A stretch of 64,000 nt of DNA from Octopus sinensis (lineage: Eukaryota), in NCBI RefSeq assembly GCF_006345805.1, contig NC_043025.1, positions 5,022,001-5,086,000 on the forward strand. The letters are read 5' to 3'. Below are positions 1 to 21,927 of the stretch, in pieces (positions within the stretch are counted from its first letter, which is position 1; every line of letters starts with the position of its first letter). The notes below the pieces were generated by a model. That model saw only the letters and a program-made list of their open reading frames with translations. It ran no database searches and was not told where the DNA came from. A program made the translations under genes and the position numbers.

Positions 1-458
1 AAAAGGAGCCAGGAGTCCTTGCAAAGGTAATTTGTTTGGGCTAAAAAAAAAACGTTTTATTTATATATATATATTCCAGATAAGGTGTTGGAAGGAGTAG
101 TTTAGGTGGAGCGCGGTGGGGTGGGGAAATGGGGCGAGAGAATCCCCAGCCCTCCCTCCCCTCCACACAATAGAATCTGGCAGCAGATATTATGTAAGAA
201 TTTTCATTTTGTTGTTTTGTTTGTTTTTTTTCTTTTTACAATAAGGAAATAAGGATGCCTTCCTGGGGCCCCACTCCCAGCAAAGGATACATTCGTTAAA
301 ACAGGTGAGAACAGAACTATTTAGCAAAAGCCACATGTGCATTTGTGAATGTGTGTACGTATATATAGAAGTATACATGTGTGTGTATATGTACACACAC
401 ACACATACCTATGTATATACTTACATCGAGATATATATATATTTTTATATATATATAT

Positions 459-576
459 GCTTATGGCCATATCATGTTGAAAGCACCGGTTCTCGTCCGA
501 TCACCGAAGTTAAGCAACGTCAAGCCTAGTTAGTACTTAGATGGGTGACCGCTTGGGAAACCTAGGTGCTGTAAGC
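459..576 (+). rRNA. 5S rRNA: 5S rRNA copy (solitary; probably a retrocopy or pseudogene)
   Basis: GCTTATGGCCATATCATGTTGAAAGCACCGGTTCTCGTCCGATCACCGAAGTTAAGCAAC...TTAGTACTTAGATGGGTGACCGCTTGGGAAACCTAGGTGCTGTAAGC is full-length metazoan 5S-like; terminal helix GCTTATGGC/GCTGTAAGC and CCTAG/CTAGG still pair. No neighbouring tandem copy; TTTT at 585-588. Confidence 0.92.
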
Positions 577-829
577 GTCAAACATTTTACCATCCAACCC
601 ATACTAGCATGGAAAACAGACATTAAACGATGATATATATATATATGTTGATATATACATACATACATATACTGAATAAAAAAAAAAACTGCGCACTCTA
701 CCAAAACACGATTTGTATTTGTATTAGAAATAAAAGTAAATATACTAAGGAAACAGACAAATAACACACACACAGGTGCCGAATAATATGGGAACATCGA
801 TAATATCCTTAAAATTTCATCAAACTAAT

Positions 830-1895
830 AATCATAATAATCTTTTCTACTCGTTTGGGGTCAGGGGCTAGTTGACTACATCCACCCTCGACTGGTACTT
901 ATTTCATCAACACAGAAAGAAAAGAAGGGCAAAGTCCACCTTGGTGGACTTCGAACTCAGAATGTAAAGACAGAAGAAATGTCACCAAGCGTTTTGACTG
1001 GAGCAATTTCGCCAACTCATCTGCTTAATAATAATAATAATCCTTTCTACTATAGGCACAAGGCCTGAAATTTTGGGGCAGTTGATTAGATCGACCCCCA
1101 GTACACAACTGGTACTTAACCTAATGACCCCGAAAGGATGAAAGGCAAGGTTGACCTGGGCAGAGTTTCTTAATAATAATCCTTTCCGCTGGAAGCGCAA
1201 AGCCTTAAATTTTGGGGGAAGGGATTAAGTCGATTACATCGACCCCAGTGCGTAACTGGTACTTAATTGACCCTGGTGGAATTTGAACTCAGAAACATAG
1301 TCACAGACGAAATACCACTTAGCACTTCGCCCGGCGTGCTACTGATTCTGCCAGCTCACTGCCTTAATAATAATAATAATAATGATGATGATGATGATGA
1401 TGGTTTCAACTTTTTAGCACAAGGCCAGCAATTTTAGTGGACACTTTATTTTTATCAACCTCTGATGGGATTTGAACTCAGAACAGAAAGAGTCAGAAGA
1501 AATACTGATCTACTCACAATTCTGCCCACCCAACTAATAATAATAATAATTTTTTGCACTCTAGGCAGAAGGCCAGACATTTTGGAGGACAAGGGCAGTG
1601 GATTACATCGTCCCCCACTCCCTAGTGCTCAGCTGGACCTCTATCTTATTGACCCTGGAGGGACAAATGGCAAAGTTGACCACGGAAGGATTTGAGCTTA
1701 GCATGTAACGGGTTGGAAATGTTGCCGGAGTATTTTGTCCGACATGCTAACAGTCTCTCCCCTTTTCTACTCTTTAGTGGGGGGCAGGGGCTAGTTGACT
1801 ACATCCACCCTCCACTGCTACTTATGTCATTGACCCAGGGAAAAATGAAGGGCAAAGTGCACCTTGGTGGACTTGGAACTCAGGACGTAAATACA
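830..1895 (-). mobile_element. Head-to-tail chain of about six tRNA-derived SINE copies (family A, (ATT)n tail)
   Basis: Repeated CCTTTCTACTATAGGCACAAGGCCTGAAATTT...GACCCCGAAAGGATGAAAGGCAAAGT...TTTGAACTCAG...CTGCCAGCTCAC blocks, the reverse complement of the intact copy at 49042-49276. Confidence 0.8.
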
Positions 1896-2248
1896 GAAAT
1901 GCAACTCTCGTGAAGGTGTGGTGCAGGTATTTTGGGAGAGACTCAAAGAATTTGGATTGAGGATCAAAATTTGTTTGATTAAAACATAGTGTGTATAAAT
2001 ATATATATATACACACACACATATGCATATGTATGTGTATATATATATATATATAATATACACACATATATAGGTATATATATACACACACACATATGTA
2101 TATATATTTACACACACATGTGTATATACATACATGTATATATACATACATATATATCTACATATATACATACACACACATGCATTTATATATATACACA
2201 TACATATATGTGTATATATATATATTTACACAAACACATATACATACA

Positions 2249-2280
<32 letters not shown>

Positions 2281-2342
2281 CATATATACACACACACATA
2301 TATACACACACACACACATATATATATATGTATGTATGTATA

Positions 2343-2520
2343 GTCTAGTGGTTGGGTATTAACCTCATGGTCCTAAGATTGAAGGTTCAATTCCAGGGTT
2401 AGGCAGCTGATTATGTTCTTGAGCAAGGCACTTCATTTCATGTTGCCCCGGTTTACTCAGCTGTAAATGGGAACCAGCTGAGAGACGATGCAGCTTCCTC
2501 CTCTCAGTTGCCACATCCTT
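2343..2520 (+). mobile_element. tRNA-derived SINE (family B), degenerate
   Basis: A/B-box-like head (TAGTGGTT...GGTTCAATTCC) then TTCTTGAGCAAGGCACTT...ACTCAGCTGTAAATGGG, shared with 36767-37118 and 60135-60400. Confidence 0.65.
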
Positions 2521-3721
2521 GATGTTCTGCAGTGTCAAGGGACATAGGAGAGCCAATGGGAGCCTAAATTATATGGGACCCCCTAAACCAATTAGTGAAA
2601 ACATGTGATGACTATGGGGTGTTTATATATACATATACTCTTATATATATCTTTGGTACTTTATTTTTTATTTTTCTATATAAGGTACTCGCACTGGTTT
2701 CAAATATTCATTTGTAGCCATGCTGGAGCAACTCCACTGTCTTTGTTTTGCTGTTTAACAATATTCCAAGACCCATGGCTGACATTCCAATTCTTTGGAG
2801 ATGTAAAGCTTGTGCCTGTCCCAAAAGACCCTGAAGGTCGTTAGCAGTGTTGTAAAACAGGTGACTGAAGGGCTAGTTTGTTGCCCCCCGCAAAGGAGAA
2901 ATAATTCACCAGCGAGTTATGGCGCTCAGCATCTTGAAACATGACCCTCCCTACTGGCTGCAACCAGAGGCTGTTTAATTCAAGGTTTTGATTGTATAAG
3001 GAGAAAAACCCTTCAGGAAAATGAGTTTATGGGAGGCTAATTACTTGAAAAATAACAAGGTTTTTATATCAGAAATAGTAGTAATGAAAAAGAGAGAGGA
3101 GGGGGTAGTGGTCAAAGGTCAAACTCCAATGGTCACATCATGGTGTTTGAACCCAGACAGCAGGATTTATCTGGATACATAGTAATGCACGATTTCAGTT
3201 GAATATTTTAGCATCACTACCAAAGTATTGCCCTATGTCTCAAAAAATAAAAGGGATAAATAATAATAATAATAATGATAATAACAACAATAATAATGAC
3301 AGCTTCAAATTTTAGCACAAGACCAGCAATATTTTAAGGAGAAGGGGGTTAGTTGATCACATGACCCCCCCCCAACACTCAACTAGTTCTTTATTTTATA
3401 ATAATAATTATAATGCTCAGAAATCATTAAGAAAATTATTGGAAAAATTACGAAATATTTGCGTGACCACAGCCATTTCTTTCTCATTAGCATCGTTATA
3501 CATACTAATTAATACTGAATGTAAAAAAAAAAAAAAAATTATTTAAAAAAAAATTTTTAACGGGTTAGAAGAAGTTGGTTTGATTTATTTATACAGTTTC
3601 CGGGGCAGGGGAATATTTCACAGAAATATTTGTATAAATTGATGGGAAATTTATGGCAAGAAAAATTGGCAATTAATATATTTTAATTAATTATTTCTCT
3701 CTCTCTTCATTATATAATTTT

Positions 3722-3935
3722 AAAACCCTTTAGCATTTAAACCAGCCATATCCAGCCTTTCATACCTACCCTACAATGTCGTTAGTTTTTTTTTTTTTTA
3801 GCATTTAAATTGTCCACATCAGGCCCAAATGCTCTGCCAGTTTTGCACTCAAATCAACCAGGTCCGACCTATCACACCTACCCTACAATGTCATTCTAAA
3901 AAATAAAACGATCACAGTAAAAATTTCTCCATTGA
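3722..3935 (-). mobile_element. Fragments of the piggyBac-type MITE family
   Basis: CCCTTTAGCATTTAAACCAGCC end plus CACACCTACCCTACAATGTCATTCTAAAA, the reverse complement of the 108-bp unit core at 23081-25160. Confidence 0.7.
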
Positions 3936-4210
3936 TTTTTGCATCTCCTTCCAATGAAGCAGCACCAAGAGACGGGTAAGCCACCCAGCCTCTAATGTAC
4001 CCCTGATACTCTCTCTCTCTCACACACACACACACACGCACGCACAATCTCCAAGGTTTGGGACACACCGAAGGGACCAACTGATGAACACAAAAAAGTG
4101 TTTTACAACTAAATTGTGGTGTTCCCTATTTTTGGTAAAAATACTGCTAAGAAAAAGGGGCCAGAGGGCGCAATGCATGCACCCATAAATATTCATATGT
4201 AAATATATAT

Positions 4211-4263
<53 letters not shown>

Positions 4264-4699
4264 TAACTGGTACATGGTTACTTATGAAGACAAGTGTTCC
4301 TGTTGCGCCAATAGACGGAACAGCTAGCTTGTGAAATTAACATGAAATTAACGTGTGTATGTGTGTGTGGCTTGGGCTCAGCAGAAGACACTTGCTCAGG
4401 GTTCAGCACAGTGGTACTGAAACCAAAATCTTGGTGAATGGGAAGCAAACTTCTTACTACACAGCCATTAGCAGCAGCAGTGGTAGTAGTAGTAATAGAA
4501 TAGTTATTGTGTGTCTTAAAATTGAAGTACTAAAGATGGTATAAAGAGGAGGAATGAAGAGACTTGTCTAAGTGTAGCAAGTCAAACAGGTGTGTATGTG
4601 CAGACACCATACTGGTGGTGAATGGTTGCTAATCCTAACAAGCACACCGTACCACCACCACTACCATCATCATCATCATCATATGTCGCAGTAGTGAAA

Positions 4700-4921
4700 G
4701 GGATTCTTTCTACTAAAAGCACAAAACTTGAAATTTGTGGGGAGGGGGACTAGTTGATTGCATCGACCCCCAGTAGTCAACTGGTACTTATGTCACTGAC
4801 CCTGGAACAATGAAAGAGAATAGACCTTGGTGACATTTGAACTTGGGACATGTCAGGCAAAATGCTTAGCAACATCTCTGAAGGTTCTTTTAAGGTCTAA
4901 CGATTCTTCTAGCTTACCTCC

Positions 4922-4976
<55 letters not shown>

Positions 4977-5370
4977 TAATAATCCCTACAAGTATAGGCA
5001 CAAAGCCAGCAAGTTCAGGGGGAAGGGATTAAGTCGATTACACTGAACCCCAGTGTGTAACTGGTACTTATTTAATTGACCCTGAAAGGATGAAAGACAA
5101 AGTCAACCGCGGCAGGATTTGAACTCACATTGTAAACGTGGGTGAAATACTGTGAAGCATTTTGCCTGGTGCACTTACGAGTCGGCCAGATCACTGCCTT
5201 AATAATAATAATAATAATAATAATAATGTTCCTAACATAGATAGAAGACCAAGAGTTTTGATGGAAGGTGATAAGTCATCGCCATCAACCCAGGTACATT
5301 ATCTTATTGACCACAAAAACACGAAAGTTGAAGTTGACCATCAATGGATTTGATCTTAGAATGGGTTCCT
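4700..5370 (-). mobile_element. Three family A SINE copies separated by (AAT)n
   Basis: Same diagnostic blocks as 830-1895. Confidence 0.7.
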
Positions 5371-5458
5371 TTATTTGCTACGAGATTTTCCATCTTGGGC
5401 ACAACGCCATATATATACATACATACACACACACACATATATATATATATAATATATG

Positions 5459-5489
<31 letters not shown>

Positions 5490-5656
5490 TTTTAATAAGA
5501 TGAGAAAATAGAGAGGTAATTAATAAATTATCATTTATTAATTAAAGAATTGACAAGCATCCTTTACAGCTGTTTCAATTCAAAACCTTCAGAAAATTAA
5601 TTAATTAAATAAAAAATCATTTGAAAGTTGAATCTCTTCAGAAGTAGTTAAAGATA

Positions 5657-5690
<34 letters not shown>

Positions 5691-6332
5691 ATATATATAC
5701 ATACATGGGGTTCTCAGAATAAAAGACCCAGTATTGTTTACATAACATTCACACCCTGTGACCTGAGCTGACCAATGGAAGCTTAACATCTAAAAGCCAT
5801 ACTGAACTTGTCTTAAGTCTCTCATTCTTCTTCTTACATCTGATGAGACGGACCTGTCTTTTGCAACCATGAAACTTAAATTCATGCAGAACTGAGTGAA
5901 GCAATTATTAAAAGAGAAAAAAAGAAAAAGGGAACTAAAATCTAAAACTATCTTCCATTTGTTTCAGTCAGTGGACTGTGACCATTCTGGGGCAAAATCT
6001 TCCAGAGTTTATTCGGACAAACTGACCCCAGTACGGATGTCTTCTAATGTCTGGCACTTATTCAATAAGTCCCTTTTCCCAGAAATACTAAATTAAGTAA
6101 TAGGGACGTAAACAAACCAACTCCAGTTGTCAAGCGTTGTGTGGGGGGACAAACATGAAAACACACATATGTATGGCATGAATAAAGATAATCCTAAAAC
6201 AAACTGCACAGGAAAGTTATCCAAAACCTCTTTTGTTAATCCTTATCCTTTACACTCCCCGACAAGCAGTTTCTAATACACACACACACTTTCAAAGTAT
6301 ATACAGGAAGAAAAGAAAAAAACACCAGCATA

Positions 6333-6367
<35 letters not shown>

Positions 6368-6644
6368 CATACCATTTACAAGACTGCAGAGCCAGTAATT
6401 CGAATGAAGAAATCTAATGTGTTGGCAATAGAAGCAATGTTTAAATGATTGAATTATTAAAAATAGAAACTTTTGGAAGCCAGAAAGAGGGGGAAAATAT
6501 TGAAGGGAGAGAAATGAAAACAAAACATCTTCTTATCAAAGAAGGTGATCAAATATTTGGCAAGAATTGTGACCTTTGTATAATAGTAAATTTATTTTTG
6601 TGGTATATACATATATACATACATATATATACACACACATGCAC

Positions 6645-6688
<44 letters not shown>

Positions 6689-7179
6689 ATATATATATAT
6701 ATGCCGGTTTAGTTGCCGACGACCCGACCATGCAACAGGAGGGTGTTTATTGGACACCCTGCGGGATGAAAAACAAAACCCGCCAAAGGGCGGAGGAACT
6801 CTTGAGAGTCAACGGCCATCCAATGAATGTCTTAAGGCTGTATCATGCGCGGGGACATAGAAATAATCGGACTGAATACCCAATCGCGCGGTTAAACCAT
6901 TGGGAGTGAAGGACTCCTAGCCTTTGTTAGTGCATCCTTCTAGGAGAAGGTAACTCAGGTAACTGGGATAACTCCGACATAAAACCTGCAGCTCAGTGGT
7001 TACCGATGATGTTGACTTGTTCTTGTTTTCGGATTATGGCTGCTGTTGCTTAGTGAGTGGGATTGACTCAGTGCACAGCCTTTCCTCACTTTAAAAAATC
7101 TTCTTGCACAGGCATTGCACGATAACAACATTGATTAAGCTTCGTGCAATGGCCATACTCGATAACGAGGGGGCGGCCA

Positions 7180-7216
<37 letters not shown>

Positions 7217-8430
7217 TACACACACATGAGTATATTTGCATGCATATGTAAATAAATACATATATCTTTTTCTTTATGGTTGATAATTTGCACATATTTC
7301 TTTTTAAAAGCGTTTTACTTCATTAAAGTCAATAGAGAAGGCGGACTACAGCAAATCCTTGGAAATTTTTTTAACAAACACAGATTGAAACTCCGACTCG
7401 CATCCCTACATCTCAGGTTCAAGGGCTGCTGCGACATAGTTATAATATACAATCTCTGAGATTAGGTGACTGACAGTGGTGGGGGATAATAACAGAAAGT
7501 ACACTCACACTCACACTCAGAAAATGGCAGACACTGGAGTGTGGAATCGAGAAAGTCTTAAATTTGAGATTCAAAATTAAACAATATTATGGCAGGTTAA
7601 GACGGCAAAGAAGAAGAGTTAGTGTATACAAATGCATATATCTACATACTTACATATATCTTATTCCTTTCTGTATATGCTTAAGGGAGATAAGTCATCA
7701 CGCTGATGACTGCTAATGAGGCAGAAACATGTATCCACAACTGGTTCCTTATCTTCAAAAAAAAAAACCTTAGAGGCATGTCAGTTTTGGAGGGTACTTG
7801 ATTCTAGAAGTTATCTCCCCCTTCTCAAGTGGAGCTGGCCTTAATTGTCATTTGCTAATTCTGATACAGTTTCTAGAGGTGGAAATAATTTTAATAAATC
7901 AAAAATTTGTTGTATGGTATTTGATAGACCTATTTGCTCAAATACATACCTCTGGTCACTTGGTGTTATTTATCTTAGCTTATTTCTGTTTAATGATTGA
8001 TACACACATATATATATGTATACATGCATGCAAATATGCACGCACATACACACATGCGCACGTGTGGTGGATTCTCTGTTGGTCTTAATGACAAGTACTC
8101 TGTTCGACCAATGAAATCCTTTACCCTGCAGAAATTAAAAGTCCACGTGACTGAGTATTCCACAGGCACATTCACCCTTAAAGTAATCCCAAGGCTGACT
8201 CAGTGCAGCACATATTTATTTTTTAGTAAGGATGGACCTTTTGAATATAAGGTATGGTGAAGCGAGAGAGAAGGGGGAGGGGAGACCCTTGAGTAAATAG
8301 AGATAAAAATATATAAAAACACAGAAAATAAAATATCAAACCAGGAGTTCTAAATGCCAACACCTGTCGCAGCCACCAGAGTTGGCAGTGGGATGTGGGG
8401 TGGGAAGGACGGGACACACACACAATGATG

Positions 8431-8439
<9 letters not shown>

Positions 8440-8461
<22 letters not shown>

Positions 8462-9130
8462 TAGCTGCAAATTTTGTCATAAGGCCAGAAATTTTAGAAG
8501 CAGAGGCACCAGTCAATGGCACTGACCCCCCAGTATTAGACTGGTACTTGATTTTATCGACCCCGAAAGGGTAAAAGGTAAAAGTCAGCTCAGCTGGAAA
8601 CTGAGCTCAGAATGCAAAGAGCAGGAAGAGATAAAGCTAAGAATTTTGTGTGACCCTCTACCAGATTCTGTCAGCAATTGTTGCTTATGGCGGCAGAAGG
8701 CCGTCAAATTTGCGAGACGAGGGGCCAGTTGGTTCCGTCACCGTCGTTTTTGAGTCCCCTCCCCAATGCCCTGGCATATACTTAAATATATCAACTACAG
8801 AAGGGACAAAAGGCATAGATGGCCTCGACTGGGAATTTAGAAACCTGAGGGTAATATTATTGAACTAAATACCTGGAATTAATTTGTCACAATTAATAAT
8901 AATAATAATAATAATCCTTTCTACCACAGGCACAAGGCCTGAAATTTGGGGGTGGTGGGAGGGGAGAAAGTCGATTACATCAACTCCCAGTGTTTCACTG
9001 GTACTTAATTTATTGACCCCCAAAATGATGGAAGGCAAAGTTGACCTCGGCAGAATTTGAACTCAGAACATAAGGACGGACAAAATACCATCAGGCATTT
9101 CACCCAACCTGCTAATGATTCTGCTAGCTT
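8440..9130 (-). mobile_element. Two family A SINE copies
   Basis: GGTACTT...GACCCC...GGCAAAGTTGACCTCGGCAGAATTTGAACTCAGAAC blocks with (AAT)n at their low-coordinate ends. Confidence 0.7.
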
Positions 9131-9194
9131 GCTGTAGTAACAATAATAATAATAATGATAATATTAATACTAAAAATAATAATAATGATAATGA

Positions 9195-9290
9195 TGCATG
9201 TGCCTCGTGTACCCTTATCAGATGGGTATATTGGGTTTCATATATTTGTACCCCAGTGTCTCTTTGATGGCATGCACTGTCCTCTCACTC
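9195..9290 (+). mobile_element. Terminal fragment of the 139-bp-monomer dispersed element
   Basis: GATGCATGTGCCTCGTGTACCCTTATCAG...GATGGCATGCACTGTCCTCTCACTC-(AAT)n matches 32338-32446. Confidence 0.75.
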
Positions 9291-10719
9291 AATAATAATA
9301 ATAATAATAATATAATAATAATAATTTCAGTGGTAATAATGATTTCGTTTTATTAGGTACAAAAGAAATCTTTTTTATTTTTTTATAGTCTTGTTAGAGG
9401 GGATCTGTCCCTTGTAAAATTACTGGTACTTTGTTGTCTCAAATCTGGAAGGAATAATAAACAGAATAATGCACCCCCCCGCCCGCCTTTCCCCCACTCC
9501 TTAAACCCCCGCACTGGGGGTTTGAACTTGAGAATCACGGCAGCAAAAACCGAAATTCCTTAAAGCATAAAGATTGGCTCCCTGCCGCTAGCACCATGTA
9601 ATGATAATATATTAAGCCAGGTTCTGTGTTGAAGGGTCTTGGCAGAGCATAATGATAATGAAGATGATGATGATGATGATGAAAATGATGACAAATAGCA
9701 GAGGTGGTAGTGGTGGCAATCTTGAAATGTCGTTTCTCCCCCTGATTAACGGCACTTTGCTAACAGTTCTCTCAGAGAAGGGAAAGCGGAAATCAGGAAA
9801 AGCCTGCTGTTTAGGGACCATTTCAGACAAAAAAAAAAAACAAAAAAAAAACCCCTACTTACACATAAATAGTTAATTTAATTATCCTAAAACATATACT
9901 GGGGGTGAAAAGGTTAACCGTCGATTACATTGACCCCCGTAAAAGGTAAGGTCCATCTCGGTGGAATTTGATCTCAGAGCAAGAAGACAGACGAAATGCC
10001 GCTAAGCATTTTTGCCCGGTGTGTTAACAAGTCAGCCAGCTCACCGTCCTTGATGGAGATACCAGAATGCTAGCTGGGTCACTACAGCAAATGAAGGGTC
10101 CAGCACGATGGGGTTGGCACTGGTACCTTGGTTCGCTCAACATGATATGGATTGTCCAGAACCAGCTCCACACTCTCGTCCTTCAAACTTAAAAAAGTAC
10201 TGGTTTGGTGCAACAAGCGCCAGAAGCTCATTAGTTTGTCAGGATGCAGGACTTGTATGAAGTTATCTTCTCGTAGATGAAGAGCTGAAGGGCCTCGCCT
10301 GCTAACGGTGGTCTGTCTATGTGTGACCTTGTTATGGAGGCAATTCTGTGACATGCTGGCTAACATAAAGCAGGGACTCTGACAGCACAGAGATGACCTG
10401 CAGAAATAAGGGTTTGTGCAGCTCTAGTTCACCTCCTCCATCCTTCAAACTTGCATTTGCCTGGTGCAACAAGTGCCACAGGCTCAGTAGTTACCAGGAT
10501 GCAGGGCTTGTATGGAGGTGCCCTCGCTAAGATGAGCAACAAAAGGGTTGCAGGACCTCATCTGCCATGGGTCTGTCAGTAAGGGACCTTCTTCCCGGAG
10601 GATTAGCTACAACCCTTTCTCAGCAAAGGATTTACGGCGGGGGGGGGGGGATTTTGTATGTTGGGATATTCATGCCTTTCCCAGGTGTATGTGCGCAACA
10701 GTATGCTGAAATGCGGAAT

Positions 10720-11075
10720 GGGTGAGGGCAGCCCTTGAGTTTTGAAGGGTTCAGTGAAACAGATCAACCCCCAGGACTTAAGTCTGGTACTTATTCAACT
10801 GGTCTCTTTTGCTGAACCGCTAGGTTAGGGGGACATAAACAAACCAACACCAACTGTAAGGTGGGCAGGGGAGGACAGGGTCTTGGGGCACAAAAACAAA
10901 GACACACAGACATATGGACAGGCTTCTGTACAGTTTCTCTGTACCAAATCCACTACAAGGCTTTGATAGAAGACACTCACCAAGGTAGCATGCAGCAGGA
11001 CTGAACCCACAACCACATGGTTGCATGGTGAGCTTCTTAACCATGCAGCTATGCCTGCACCAATGCTTCTCCCCA
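10720..11075 (-). mobile_element. CORE-like tRNA SINE (family C), degenerate
   Basis: GCTGAACCGCTAG...GACATAAACAAACCAACACC...ACCAAATCCACTACAAGGC...GGACTGAACCCACAACCACATGG, reverse complement of family C. Confidence 0.7.
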
Positions 11076-11258
11076 TCCTTTTCTTTCTTTTTTACAAAGG
11101 CACAGGGCCTCGCTTTTAAGGACCTGCAGGGGACAGGGACAGTATTGTTGACACACTCCTCAGCGAATCACTGGTACTCAATTTGACCCCTTCAGGGACG
11201 AAAGGCAACATTTGTTATGGCAAGATTTGAACTATTCTAACAACAACAACAACAACAA

Positions 11259-11549
11259 AAATAGCAGCTTCCGATTCAGGCAGAAAGCCAGCAGTTTTCA
11301 AAGGAGAAGGGACTTGTTGCTACCAGCCCCCCCCCCACACACACACCCCCTACCTGGTACTTGACCAGTCCATTATTTTGTTGAGGGATGACAGGATTTG
11401 AATTCAGAAATAGCAGCTTCCGATTCAGGCAGAAAGCCAGCAGTTTTCAAAGGAGAAGGGACTTGTTGCTACCAGCCCCCCACACCCCCTTACCTGGTAC
11501 TTGACCAGTCCATTATTTTGTTGAGGGATGACAGGATTTGAATTCAGAA
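11259..11549. repeat. Direct tandem duplication (about 149 bp) inside a degenerate SINE
   Basis: AAATAGCAGCTTCCGATTCAGGCAGAAAGCC...GATTTGAATTCAGAA occurs at 11259 and 11408, differing mainly in a C/CA run. Confidence 0.9.
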
Positions 11550-12059
11550 TTTTAAAGAGTCAGAAGTGATGCTGCAAACCGTATTTCGTCCAGTGCTCAA
11601 CTGATTCTGCTAGTTTGCCATCTTAAGCGTGTCATGCTACAGCAGCAATAATTTAAACGCCATCTCTGCTGGATTCCCAGTAAAGCAGGAACGAACTAAG
11701 ACAAAGAAAAATATCCATCGGATTCTATCTATTTGTTTGCCTGCGGTTCTTACTCTTAAGCTGTATATCCTTAAGATCCTTAAAAATGTTTTAGCCCGAA
11801 GGCCGTGGCCATGCTGGGGCACCAACGCTGTATAGGCAACTATTTTTTTTTTTTTTTTTTGCTCAGGAGCCCAGATGGAAAGGAAAGTCAGACACAGGGC
11901 CCTAGTCTGAGAGGGCTGATAATAATTTCTGATTTAAGCACAAGGCCAGCAAAGGGGAGTAGAAAAAGAGAGGGGAAGGATAAGGGGAACAGACGAAGGG
12001 GGGGGAAGCAGAAGGGGAAGACAGAAACTTAAGTAAAATTTACCATATAATAATAATAA

Positions 12060-12495
12060 TAATGATAATAATAATCCTTTCTACTATAGTCACAAGAGGC
12101 ATTAATTTTTGTGGCAGGGAGCTAGTTGGTTGCACTGACCCAAGTGCTCAGCGGGTACTTACTTTTATCAACCCTGAAAGGATGAACTCGATGGCGTTTC
12201 CAATGCGGAACATAAAACCAGCAGGATAAATACTGCTAAGCTTTTCGTCCACCGTGCTAACAATTCTGCCACCGACTATGGCTTCAGATTTTGGCACAGG
12301 GCCAGCAATTCTGTGGGGATGGCTAAGTTGATTAGATTACACCGACCCCAGTCCATGACTGGTACTCGTTTCAGTCGATCCTCAAACGATGAAAGGTAAG
12401 GTCGACCCTGACAGAATTTGAACTCAGAATGTAAAAACGGATAAAATGCTGCGAAGCATTTTGTCTGCTGTGCTAACGATTCAGCCGGCACACCT
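12060..12495 (-). mobile_element. Two family A SINE copies
   Basis: Diagnostic family A blocks as above. Confidence 0.7.
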
Positions 12496-12740
12496 TCGAC
12501 GATTTCATCTCAATCGAAGGAGAGGGGCTTTCTCCGTCCGGGTTGCAGATCCGCGGAATAATCTGCTGGACGAGATAGTGAAGATGCCGACGACCGCTCG
12601 GTTCAAAGTCTCCCTTGACCACAAATGGCCTGAACTCTTTGCATGAACACCCTCCCTGTACATAACTCCATGTCCCCCTACATGGCCTTGCTTTTTGCTT
12701 TTTGAGCCAAATAATTAACTTAACTTAACTTTAACTTAAT
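12495..12740 (+). mobile_element. CR1-clade LINE 3' fragment
   Basis: Encodes RRFHLNRRRGAFSVRVADPRNNLLDEIVKM (CR1 ORF2 C-terminus-like), then 3' UTR and (TTAAC)n tail; near-identical to the reverse complement of 38810-39035. Confidence 0.8.
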
Positions 12741-13399
12741 AATAATAACAATAATGACTTTGCAATAATATGCAATTTATTTTTGGTGATGATAGCGGGA
12801 GGGGGGGGAATTTATTGACCTGATTGAATATTTCTCTTGACCACTGGTACTTTATCCTATCAGTAGCTCCCCCCCCACCCAACCCACCAACCGGAAGGAT
12901 GATGAAAGAAGCGGAGATGCTTCTTGGCAGGATTCAAAAGTGAAACTTGGAAAAAAAAAAAAAACGTAACTAAATACCACCGCAGCCAGAGGTGAGGAGA
13001 GGGGGGGGGCAGGGCAGATGTTCAGTGAAGCCGACCCCCACCTCCCTGCTAATTAAAGGTATCCAGTTTATAAATCTTGTGTTGTCGTGGTGGTAGTGGT
13101 GGGAGTCAGCCAAAAGCGGGGGGGGGGCGAGGAAGAAGAAGGAAGGATGGGATGACACACACAAACCTGAATGCCCACACGATGACCCCTGGCAGGAATT
13201 GAAAACGGGGGGGATGGGGGGTGGGGGGCACCGAGGAGAGCGGAGTGGGGGGTGGTGATGGTGGCGAAGGAATCTGAATAGGAGAGGGGTGGGAGGATTT
13301 AACTGGGGGGCGCGGGGTCTGCTCATTTCTGCCAACTCACCACGTACCCCGATAGTAATAATAATCACGATGACGATGATGATGATGACGGCGATGATG

Positions 13400-21927
<8,528 letters not shown>

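Noticed and set aside
5839-5876. CTGATGAG...GAAAC as a hammerhead
   Set aside because: The GAC/GTC hairpin is not adjacent to GAAA, and no helix III/GUH or helix I can be drawn.
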